From positions 1,416,262 to 1,480,261 of the forward strand of contig JBJCIZ010000744.1 of assembly GCA_051294375.1 (NCBI GenBank): a stretch of DNA of 64,000 bases, given 5' to 3'. A program made the position numbers and the translations under genes. Positions within the stretch are counted from its first letter, which is position 1. Each line of letters opens with the position of its first letter. The notes beneath the pieces were generated by a model. The model saw only the letters and a list, made by a program, of their open reading frames with translations, was not told where the DNA came from and ran no database searches. The stretch is from Paraspadella gotoi. Taxonomy: Eukaryota > Animalia > Chaetognatha. Positions 52,699-64,000 of the stretch are shown here, one piece after another.

Positions 52699-53572
52699 GT
52701 ATAATATTTTCAAGAACTGTTTCAATTGTATAAACGGACCATTCCCTTGAGTATTATTGGATAGGGAAATAATAAGTACTCCGAAATGGCCTTAAAATAC
52801 TAGGATCTGACGTGTTAAGTACCTTTTGCCTTTTTTGCTCTCTAAAATGGATTGACTAATGACCGTCCATTGGAATCTCAGTTTTCGATATCAACGATCA
52901 TGTTTGTCTTTTTGGTCGTTTTTATATTTATTACTTTTATTTGTTACTAAATTGCTTATTTTTTTAGTAGAAAATCGTTTGTTCGTTAATTATTCATATC
53001 TTGTTTTGATTTAAAGATTTCACGCGGCCGTAACGTCCGCGTGTGAAAAGAAAGTGAGCGAGATGCGTCAAGTAAAACAACTGACTTTTATTGACAACTA
53101 AATTATCCCTCAAGCATTAACTTTAAATTGCATGGACAACAAACTTAATACAGTACTCGCCACAAAAAAAGATAAAAGGAGCTCTTGCTGATTAATCTCT
53201 CAAATCTTTCGTCTTCGTTTACTCAAACGTATACAGAAACCGATCTCAAAAACATTGTTTTAAAGACCGTCTAGTCTATTATTTTACTCAAATCGTTCGA
53301 CCGCTACTCGAATCTTTGTATCTCTATTATCGGATTCCAAAAGAAAAAAAAAATTACGTTAGTAGAAATGAGAATTATTAGTTATGGTTTTGCAACCATT
53401 ATACAATTATAAAATTAGTCAATTCTCAAAGAATTGAAATTCTCCCAACAAAAGAGACCGCCGAAAAAAAGGAACCAAACAACAACCTGGTTGTTGCTAT
53501 CGAAATTTAAATTTAATTTAAATTAATCACGAAAAAAAAACACCTCCTCATCGAAGAAAACCAATTTAGCCT

Positions 53573-53735
53573 CCCCATCAAAACATATAAACCACAACAG
53601 CAAGCCACACCCCAACAAAACATACACACCACAACAGCAAGCCACTTCCCCATCAAAACATATACACCACAGCAGCAAGCCACTTCCCCATCAAAACATA
53701 CACACCACAACAGCAAGTCACACCCCCATCAAAAC
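53573..53735. repeat. Minisatellite, about 36-38-bp unit CCCCATCAAAACATACACACCACAACAGCAAGCCACTT, 4-5 copies
   Basis: Tandem units lie immediately upstream of the GT31 start codon. Confidence 0.85.
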
Positions 53736-53755
53736 CCACAACCCCCCCCAAAAAA

Positions 53756-56700
53756 ATGAGCGTGATACGCGTGACGTGGATCTCGATCCTCGTCTACGGC
53801 GGCATCACTTACCTCGTCGTCGTCCTCCTCTCCTACGGACGTCATTTCCTGTCTCTTAGCAACGCGAGACGCACCTACGCCGTCCGCTACTCCATTTTTC
53901 GCAGGACGGCTCACCTGCGGGTCAGGGGCGGCAACGCCGTCTTGTCCAGGGTTAAGTCAGGTCAGTTTTTTTTTTTTATTTCTCCGTCTCTTTCATTCGC
54001 ATCAGTTTCCTTTCTTTCTTCCTCCCATCTTTTCGTCGTCTTACCCTTTTTTTTTTTTTCTCTTGAGCTTCCTTCCCTTACTTTCTTCCTCCCCCCCCCC
54101 CTTATTTTCTCATTTTATTTTCCCCCTTTTAGTCTATCCCATCCTATTTTCTCCCGTTCTCTCAAGATTCCCTCTTTCCCTCTTTCCCTCTTCATCCATT
54201 ACTCATCTATTACTCATCTATTACTCATCACTCTTCATCTTCCATCCCTCCCTCTTACCCTCAGCGGCCAACGAAAAGACTTACCCTCGGAACATGACGG
54301 TTTTGAATTCGCTGCATCTCAGTTTCTTTAACTACAAGTTCGTCTCGAGGTAAGAGAGAGAGAGAGAAAGAAATACAGAGAGAGAGAACGAGCGCTAAAA
54401 GCTAATTGAGCGCAAGCGAGTGATCAAAGACCAATTGATTGATCGATCGATTCAAAATTAAATTCCTTTATCATTTGATTCCCACCCTCCCCCCCCCCCG
54501 CTTTCCACGCATTTCTAAGAAATCCTGTCTACTCCTTCGACCACTCGTTGATCCACAATCCCGACTTTGGTTGCCTTCCGCTTCGCTTCCCGCTTCCCGT
54601 CGGCGCCTCCGACCCGACGATCGCGTTCAAATCGTCCGCTTCCGTCGCCGCAATCGATTCCGCTTCCTCCGCCATCACCGCCGCCGCCTTCGCCGACGCT
54701 GCTTTCCGCTTCCGGCCCGAATCGTCCGCTTCTCTCCGCTCCTTCGAGATCGAGCGATTCACCGGCGAACCTCCGCCGGACGCATCCGCCGGATCGAGGA
54801 ACGCTGCCTTTGAAAAAACTACCGTATCTCCGAGACAGGAGAGAACGTCGCCTCCGGATCTCGTGACGCCTGCCGGATCGTTCAAATCGCCTGATGGATC
54901 GCATGACGGATCGTTCAAATCGCCTAATGGATCGCCTGGCGGATCTTTCAAATCGCCTGGCGGATCTTTCAAATCGCCTGATGGATTGCTTGGCGGATCG
55001 TTCAAATCGCCTGATGGATCGCATGGTGGTTCGTTCAAATCGCCTGATGGATCGCCTGGCGGATCCGCCGAATCGCCTACTGGAATTTCTTCGCCTTCAA
55101 TTTCGATCCCGCGAAGGATCGAGGAATCCTCATTCGTCGCCTCTTCCTCTTCCTTCTCCTCTTCGTTTTCCTCTTACTCGTCCTCTTCTTCTTCTTCCTC
55201 TTCTTCCACAACAACGCCTCCTTCCTCCTCTTCAAACTCTCCGTCTTCTTCGCCCACGACTTCCTTCACTTCCTCCCTTTCCTCCCTCTTCTCCTCCCCT
55301 CCTCCCTCTCTCCCTCCCTCGCCCGTCTTTCTCCTCGTCCTCGTCTGCTCTTCCTCCAATCACTCATCCGCTCGCGACGCGATTCGACGCACGTGGGCCA
55401 AACCCCAGACGTTGAGCCACGCCCGCGTTCTTCCGCCGCTGGGAGGACGAGGGTGAGATTCATTCATCCGATTCATTCATTCATTCCCGACTTTCGTTTA
55501 TTCCATTCATTCCTTCATTCATCCGATTCATTCATCCATTTAGACTTTCATTTATACTATGGTGGACTAAAATCCACCAACCGACTAAAATCCATCAGCG
55601 GCCATTGGTGCAGGAGGTAAGTCATTAGTATCCCAATCCAAAGGTCCGGGGTTCTAGCCCGGTGGTTGCCAAGAAGTGAAGAGGGACGGGGCCCTTAACC
55701 CGAATGTAACACTGTGTTACAGCCTGATCCTAAGCTCAGGGACTGTTTATATTGAACGGTTCTGTCACTAACTCTTAACAATCCTTTCTGTCTCTTTAAA
55801 ACAGTCTTTATTCTATTCATTCCGACTGTCATGCATACTCTCATTCCATTCAACTCTTGTCCTTAACCAGCTTATGAGTTTCGATCAATTGTGTCATTAA
55901 ATGCCCTATTTCAATGACAGCATCCGACTCGGCGTATTTCTTAGAAAAGAATCGAAAAGAATTCATTTTTTCCCTCGAAATATTTTTCATTAATGTTTAT
56001 TTGTGTTCATCAATGACAGTACGTCTCCACTCGCCTTCAACGACCCAAACTCACAGCCGACAACTTCCTCTTCCTCCTCCTCTCCTCTTCCCGTTCGTGT
56101 CTTCTTCCTTCTCGGTCTCCCTCGCGACGCCGACACTCAGGTTCTTGTCCCCCCTTATTTAACTAATTAGTAATTAATAATTATTAATAATTTATCACCA
56201 TTCATTGCTAAATAGTGTTAAATGCGTTATTTGCTTCAGGCGGCGATCGACGCCGAGTCTCGCGTCCACGGAGACGTCGTTCAGTTCGACTTCATGGACA
56301 CTTACGACAATCTCACGCTCAAGACCGTCATGGGACTCAAATGGGCCACCAAGTGAGTCTGGTGAATTGAGAAGGCTTTGATCTTAATGGTTTTTGAGGT
56401 CTGTGACGCAATATCTTAATCTAGTACCTCCCTGGCCTCACTGGGCCGCCAAGTCAGTCTGTAGGCGATCTTGAACAAAATTAAGTCTATTACTATTACA
56501 AACTTAGATTGAGTTCGTCAATCTCGTTTGCGTAAAGAAGTAAATTATTTCAAGCGTCATTTGACTCATGTTTCCGTTTCATTGCGTAGTTTAAACATTT
56601 TTTTCTAGAAAGAGTTTGTGATTACGAATTAATGTCGCCGCAATAATCCAGCGGATTAAGTGACGGAATCGGGAATTCCTCCGCCTTCTACCTTCCTCCC

Positions 56701-57986
56701 CCCCCAAGGTTCTGCCCTTCCGCTCAACACGTTCTGAGGACGACGACGTCATCGTTCAACGGTGACGCCCTCGTCGCGACGTTTAAACGACGAAGGCTCA
56801 AGCGTTCCATCATGGGACACGTCTTCACCAAAGGCCAGTTTTTTCTCTTCGTGAAATGAAAACAAAAGAATCAACGAAAATAACGAAACATAACGGGGCT
56901 GTACCCAANNNNNNNNNNNNNNNNNNNNNNNNNNNNNNNNNNNNNNNNNNNNNNNNNNNNNNNNNNNNNNNNNNNNNNNNNNNNNNNNNNNNNNNNNNNN
57001 NNNNNNNNNNNNNNNNNNNNNNNNNNNNNNNNNNNNNNNNNNNNNNNNNNNNNNNNNNNNNNNNNNNNNNNNNNNNNNNNNNNNNNNNNNNNNNNNNNNN
57101 NNNNNNNNNNNNNNNNNNNNNNNNNNNNNNNNNNNNNNNNNNNNNNNNNNNNNNNNNNNNNNNNNNNNNNNNNNNNNNNNNNNNNNNNNNNNNNNNNNNN
57201 NNNNNNNNNNNNNNNNNNNNNNNNNNNNNNNNNNNNNNNNNNCCCCAGGTTCCTTCGTGATGCGCGACGCGACGAACAAATGGTTCGTCCCTTCCTCCAT
57301 CTATCCTCATTTCAAGTTTCCTCCTTACGTCGACGGNNNNNNNNNNNNNNNNNNNNNNNNNNNNNNNNNNNNNNNNNNNNNNNNNNNNNNNNNNNNNNNN
57401 NNNNNNNNNNNNNNNNNNNNNNNNNNNNNNNNNNNNNNNNNNNNNNNNNNNNNNNNNNNNNNNNNNNNNNNNNNNNNNNNNNNNNNNNNNNNNNNNNNNN
57501 NNNNNNNNNNNNNNNNNNNNNNNNNNNNNNNNNNNNNNNNNNNNNNNNNNNNNNNNNNNNNNNNNNNNNNNNNNNNNNNNNNNNNNNNNNNNNNNNNNNN
57601 GGACTTACGGGGGTAACGGCTAAAGAAAAGAGAGAGAGAGAGAGACGGAGAGGGAGAGACATAAGGGGGGGAGACTTGGAGAAGGGAAGAGATAGAGAGA
57701 CGGACGGACGGACGGACGGACTTCTTTCGCTTTTGTGTATTCGCTGTATTGTTTCCCGCTGGGGGAACTCTGGATGAATTCTTCTTCGCCACATTATTTT
57801 CGATTAATTATAAATCAATTAACTCGTAAACAATAACCCCCCCCTCCCCAGGCATGTTGACGATGGGTCAGAACGTTCGTCTCGTCTCCAACGATCGATT
57901 CAAAGTCAATCCGTCGCCTCCCTTCAACTTGTGCAATTTCTTCTCCAACGTCGCCCTTCACAACGTCGATTATTCCAAAGAGGTCA

Positions 57987-58040
<54 letters not shown>

Positions 58041-58574
58041 TTGGGGCGGAGGCGGGTGGGAATTATGGTTTAGTGATTTTTGTTTTTGTCGTCGTCGTCG
58101 CTTTTGTTAACGGTAGGAATTAGGAAAGGGGAGGAAAGAACCCTGGGACAAGTTGAGATGCCGAATAAAGCTTTGGTCTGTTTGTCGCTTTGATTGATTT
58201 TTTTTAGCTGTTATTTCCTTATCCCTTCACCTTCTGCCCTCGCCTCTGATCTTCTTTTCTTCCCCCCCCCACTTTGTTTTTCTTTTTCTTCTTCTTTCTT
58301 CTTTTTTCCTTTCCCTTCCCTTCCTTTTCCATCCTTTCCCATCCATCCTTTCCTTTTCTATTTACTTTACTTTCCTTTCCTTTCCTTACTTTTCCTCTCT
58401 CCATGCCTCCCAAAAACCCGAAGGAGTCGATCCTCCGCGTCTGGAAATCCTTCGAGAAATACCTCACCTCTGCGGCCAAGGACGGCCCCGACTGCAGTCT
58501 GGCCCAGACCCCGCCTGTTCGCTCCAAGAAATCCTGGAAGAGAATGAATGTTTTTGGCTTCTTTAATTTTCTAC

Positions 58575-58579
<5 letters not shown>
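53756..58579 (+). CDS. GT31 beta-1,3-galactosyltransferase-family protein, multi-exon, interrupted by N-gaps
   Basis: N-terminal TM segment, FLLVLVCSSSNHSSARDAIRRTWA, AESRVHGDVVQFDFMDTYDNLTLKTVMGLKWATKFCP, NKWFVPSSIYPHFKFPPYVDG. Confidence 0.88.
55597..55775 (+). mobile_element. tRNA-derived SINE
   Basis: tRNA-like head GCGGCCA TTGGTGCAGGAGG ... CCGGGGTTCTAGCCCGG TGGTTGC with A and B boxes. There is no intact anticodon arm, and an unrelated body follows. Confidence 0.6.
57986..58040. repeat. (TTA)n microsatellite
   Basis: About 17 perfect units. Confidence 0.95.
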
Positions 58580-58610
<31 letters not shown>

Positions 58611-59268
58611 AGAGAAAGAGTCTGCGTTGACATATCGATCTCAAAATGGTTGTGATATTATTTTCACTTCGGTCGCTGATTTTCATCGAGGTCCTCTTTT
58701 CTGTTTTTACCTTAAATATTTTTTTTTTTGTAAATCCACCATACGAAAAGGAATTTTAAATATTTAACTTATAATTTTAATGTGAATATTTTTTTTAATT
58801 TTTTCTCGGGATATAAAATGAGTAAAGAAATCAATTTTGCCTAAATTATCACGAATACTTGGAAAATTTACTTATCCAGTCAATTTGATATTGGGACCAT
58901 AAAAAAAAAATCAAAAAAAAAACGAATCAAGCTTTAATTAAATTGTTTTAAGTGTTTATCGCTTTAGATCTACTTTATATCTTCAACCTAACTGCTAATT
59001 AGAAATTCTATAGCCTTACATTAAAATAAAACGATTTGTATTCGTATCGTTACATTTAACAAATTCGCTGTAGCTTTTTTGTTTAACCGGTCGCTGTTGT
59101 TTAAAAAAAAAAGACCTGATTAATATTTATTGATATTTATTAATATTATTTCTTGCCTCCGTATTAATAATGATCTCTGCCTTTATTGGGCACCTCTTTT
59201 CTTTTGCGTCTTGAGAAAAACTCTACCGCTTTTTTTGTTTGTGTTTTAGCGAAGCTTCATTGACATCG

Positions 59269-62090
59269 TCTCAAATGGAAGATAATATATCGATTCTATT
59301 TACTCAACTTTTATATATAATATATATATATATATTAGAAATTTCAAATCCGATTTCTTTTTAAGCATAGACAATCTCAGGAAAACGGCCACTTCTTTTC
59401 CTTTTTTTCCCGTTCTATCTGAATTATATGACTTTTGTCTAGACTTTCTTAAAATTCTTTGGCCCTTCCCAAGGAGCGCCAAAAGTTGCCCACCACAGGC
59501 GTCAAAATTCACAAATATTCGTAGATTTTTTTTTGAACAAGTTTCTATTTTGAATTAATTTTGTAATATAATTAGTTCATGTCCTGCACTTTAGAATATT
59601 GCATTGCCCCAAATTAGTTAATATATTAAAAAAATAGTTTTAGGTGCTTATTATGTTTGAAAAACTATTTTTTACAAACCGCCGAAGTTACCCAAAAACA
59701 GCAAAAATTAGTTCTAAAGATACAAACTATTTTTATAAATTTGCTTAGATATGTTATATGTTCTTTTTTATTATTTATTCAAAAGGTATAATTTCAAATA
59801 TTTTTATTTAATTATTAGATATTGTTTGAATTATGCAGCACGCACAAGCCTTTTTACCTTTAAACTTTGACCGGTTAAAAATGGCTGTATGAACTTCATT
59901 GTATTTTTATGTCAGATACCCAAATCAATAGCTACCAAATACTATATTGCTTATAATAGAGAAATATGCCGTGTAAAGACATCTACAAAAAAAAAAATTA
60001 AATGTAATCTTTGTGCTAAAAGACTTCATCTTTATTTCAAACTCAATTTACAAAACCAGAAAAAAAACAATATTGGCAAAGACAAACAACGAAAAAAAAA
60101 GACGTGTGCAATAAACAAACAAGCTCAATCTCCTTGAACCCTTGAACCTTCCTTACTAAACTTAGTTGCTGTGGCTGGCATGATTCCACGACCACCACGG
60201 TCGCACAAAATGACCTCCCCCGTCTCTACTCGCCGAGGCAGAAGCGGAGACCTCTGCAAAAAGCAATAAGCAACCAATGCCCTCTAATCAACCATAGTAG
60301 CAACCAAATTTTAAAATCAGCACGCGACAGGCCCTGGCCTACCTTACCTTTTACCTTAAAGTCAAATTGAGTCGCATTAGCATCTGTTCCTCACGAAAAC
60401 ATTACCTGACCCAGTGACCCACACTATAACAGTCTTAGTCGGCAAAGCGAAACTACGGTTGACTTGACCCTCTCATGACCCCAATCCTTATCAACGGATA
60501 TACCTTTATTTTGTCCACGTTAGGGGCTGCTATCTTTATGTTGAGCCTCTCTTTATTAATTTTACTGTCTTATTTATTTTCTTCTATGTCTTATCTATTC
60601 TTTATCTATCCTTTTTATTTTTAATACAAATTTTTGTATTTAAATGAAATTGATTTAGTTAATGTTCAGTTACTATACAGCTTTTTATAATTTTTTCAAG
60701 TTTATATTTTCTACCATTTATATTTAATAAATAGCTTTCTATTTTTAAACAATTAACTGAACCTTAAACACTTCTTTTTCCTTCATTTCCTCATCTCACT
60801 CTCTCTCAATCCTCAGTATTCCTTGCATAGTAATACTACATCTTGCAGATAAAAAAAAGCTGCCTGCTTCCAGCAAAATCAGGAATCCAGATATATCAAA
60901 AGTGCCACATATAGAGACTAGAGCAATAAAAACATGAATCGAATGTTGCCGATCACTCATGATTCGTGTAGCTGTAAAGCCTAGTAAGACAAAAATGTGC
61001 TTTATTGTCCGTCGCTGATTTTAAATGAGGACTTGAGCTTCCCCTTATTCATCTGAAGCCGTAGTCATTGTTCGATGGGTTACCACACTTTCTGAGGCCG
61101 ATCATTAGCTTGCGAACAGGCTCGAATTTTAGAGGGCATTGCACTTGCTATTTGCCTTTCCAGAGGTCTTCCCTCAGTCCTCAAGCGGCGGAGACGAGGG
61201 GCAGTCATTGTGCGGCTGGTGGTTGCGCGATCATACCACCACGCATGATTTAAAGGAAGGTTCAAAGGTTCAGAGATTGACTTCTTTCTTTGATTCACCT
61301 TATTTTATTTTTTTTTGTTTTTAAATTGGAGTTTGGAAATAAAGATAAGATTGAACACACGATTACATTTAATTTTTTATATTATTTATTATGTCTTTAC
61401 ACTTCAATTTTCTCTAGTATAACCAACTCATATATCCATGGTTTATTGCGATGTTAGGTAATCTGGACATAAAATTAAAATGAAAAGCTTCACATCAGCC
61501 ATTTTAAACCATCAAAGTCAAAAGTTAAAAAAGCTTGCGACTGTCTGCCCATAATTAAAACAATTATCTAATAACCTAAATAAAACTTTTAAAGTTAAAC
61601 TTTTGAATATAAATTGATAAAAAAGAACATGTGCTAACATATTCTATTAAAATTGTAATATAAAGTTCAGCTTTAAGAACTAATTTTTTGGCTGTTTTTG
61701 ATAACTTCCCTGGTTGTAAAAATAGTTTCTTCAACATCAATAGGCACCTAGAAAACTATTTTTAGATATTATTAACTAACTGCCAATGAAATCATTCTAG
61801 TCAAGGAATGAAACTAATCTCAGTAGATAGAAAATTAAATTAAATAGCAACTTGCTTCAAACAAATCTAGCGAATTATTTGCGATTTGTAATATGCTCGT
61901 GGCCACATTTAGCGCTCCCTGCGGCAAAACGGCCCAAGCAATATTTAAAATAAGTCTACAAAGCATATATTCAGATAAGAACGGAAAAAAAAGGACAAGA
62001 GATGCCGTTTTCCCTGAGATCTTCCTATCTTAAAAAGAATCGGATTTAAATGCTGTTCTAACTATATATATATATATTCTTCCATTGAGA
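59269..62090. repeat. Large degenerate inverted repeat (arms about 59269-60350 and 61080-62090)
   Basis: Collinear reverse-complement blocks with many indels, and similarity decays toward the centre. Confidence 0.75.
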
Positions 62091-63459
62091 AGTATGAGAA
62101 AAATTTCAAAAACAAAGTTTATTTTTAAACTTTAACTTTTTAATTAATGTTGTCAGAATAAATATCTTTTTACCTGTGTAGATTATAATTTTTACTCTCG
62201 GCTTCTTCTATACTCGAAATTAATTTTTGATTGATTAATGATTATTAGATATGATTTTGTGCGGACTTTCTCAACAACACGCACACAAACTCGCACTCTT
62301 TTCCCATTGTAGTGTTTCTGTATGTGAGTCATGTCACGTATGAAAATTACTTCTCACAATGTGTTGTTGTTGTATTTCACTTAAGTCGTCGCCTCATTTT
62401 TATTTGTTGATTTTAGTCTTTTTGCTTATTTATGATTTTTGCTTAATTTTTTTTCCACTTTTCGGAAAGCATTTTGCCCCCAAAATTATTTTTCAATCTT
62501 CCGTTGTGCGTCATAAAAAAAAAGTTAAACGCTCTCATTTTTTAGTGTTGAGCTATATTAAGTATTAAGTAATATTTGGCGTCATTTAAATATTTGACGC
62601 TAGTTTCGTTGCTATGACGGTATCAACGGGAAGAATCTGTTTATTAAAGTATGTACGTTGTACAATTTATTGTATGTACTACAATGTAGGCTAATATTAA
62701 TTATCCCGCTCAAAAGCTTTTATCGACTTTAATGATTAAAAGATAGAATGTGAAGTGTTTATTGTATTTTCCCTAATTTTTCTTTTCCGGTGCAGCTGCA
62801 CTAAATTAACAGTGTAAACCGATTGTGATCCCGTTGTTTTTTTTTCGTTGTAATATTTCACAACAACAACAACAACTTGCCTCCAATTCGCCGCTTAAGG
62901 TTTTACCGTTTTTATTTTTAAATAGTTTTTATTCCGATTTAGGCTTATTTAGTTGTATCAATTACAAATAATTTATGGTATATGAACTTATTTTTCTTTC
63001 GATAGTAACCCTGATAAAATAATTTGAGTTTAGAGAGCGACACTTTGGTGATGAAATATGTAGCTTTTCTAGCTAACTCAGATTGTTCTTGAAAGTGACC
63101 AGTTGCGGTCGATAAACTGGGTACTTCAGCTCCGTTAAAAATGTTACGCAGTAGTTTGATACCATTAATTGTCAAGGCGAAACTCAACCAGCTTATTAAA
63201 TTTTACAAATATTTTCCATTAATTTTTAAAAAAATTATATTTAGAAGACTTTTATGTTTATCCAACTAGTTTGTATCCATTATTACGATCAAAGCAACAA
63301 GAAAGATCATGAACGTCTACATTGGCCAATTTAAAATTAATGGAGCTAATTGCAAAGGTACTTGACGTAAATTTGGACGAATGACCTGATCACTAAAAAG
63401 TTCATATAATTATTCACCGTTTAAAATTTATTGAAATTTTATTCAAAAGGCGGGAGAAG

Positions 63460-64000
63460 TTGATTATAATTAGAGCTAGAAGACGTTTAAAAGAGTTAAA
63501 TTGGTCCAATTTTCTATTTAACATACCAGCGCAAAATTGGATTCTCGAAACGTCCGAGGGATCGGTGACGATTTCCCTCACATTTTCTTCCAGTAGCCAA
63601 TGCTCGGTCGAAGTGACGATACCCGAATATATTATTTTGTATTTTATAATTTTAAAAAATAAAATAAAATGCAGGGTATCAAAAATTTTGGCACAGTTTC
63701 CTAGAGACATATTAAACGGGGTCATTGGTCCATATTTTTTTAGCGCATAAATCGACGCTTGAAACACCAGAGGGAATAGTGACGATTTCACTCAGCTCGA
63801 CTGAATATCATCATTACTCGGTTGAAGTCACTATTCCGTTTGCCTTTCACAAATGCACCGTCAATTCCCAGAACAGGACCTGGTCCTGCGTGCAAACCAA
63901 GACAACCTTCACTCTTCCCAATACTTACAGAGACTTTACCTTACAATGTCAGATCGAAATTCTGAAGGAGGAACCAGTCGGACCAGACTACGTGACCCTT
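63460..64000 (+). CDS. Partial coding region with an internal repeat, running off the window end
   Basis: LETSEGSVTISLTFSSSSQCSVEVTIP and LETPEGIVTISLSSTEYHHYSVEVTIP. The frame stays open to 64000. The product is unknown. Confidence 0.4.

Noticed and set aside
55597-55671. Possible tRNA gene
   Set aside because: A and B boxes and a T arm are present, but the D and anticodon arms do not pair and a repeat-like body follows, so it is called a SINE head.
56749-57794. ORFs spanning the N-runs
   Set aside because: Artefacts of translating assembly gaps.
59269-62090. 2.8-kb palindrome as a fold-back DNA transposon
   Set aside because: Indel-dominated divergence worsens toward the centre, and I found no TSD or transposase. 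It resembles raw-read noise, although a very old element cannot be excluded without reads.

Overview
Gene-dense region of a eukaryotic genome, probably an invertebrate animal. Exons are GC- and CpG-rich, introns are AT-rich, and there are N-gaps and local assembly errors. All recognisable genes lie on the + strand: the 3' end of a YtcJ-like amidohydrolase, an intronless 2133-aa repeat protein with a CCHC knuckle, PGP, two BTB paralogues (one intronless, one with 7 exons), PPIL2, MGAT1, EMC4, a DDX5/DDX17-type helicase, an AK3-like kinase, a small F-box gene, a GT31 galactosyltransferase and a partial ORF at the right edge. The main discovery is a family of short mobile elements carrying circularly permuted (type-P5) twister self-cleaving ribozymes. 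Three copies of a 255-bp LTR-like unit each have their own 4-bp target-site duplication. A diverged relative lies in sense orientation inside the PGP intron, and its T1 pseudoknot shows compensatory changes relative to the 255-bp family. The window also holds Penelope-type minimal hammerheads, a decayed Penelope-like RT, tRNA-derived SINEs, and unusual introns with G-rich 5' ends, C-rich 3' ends and many AAG acceptors. Gene models and RNA folds were read by eye and have not been computed.
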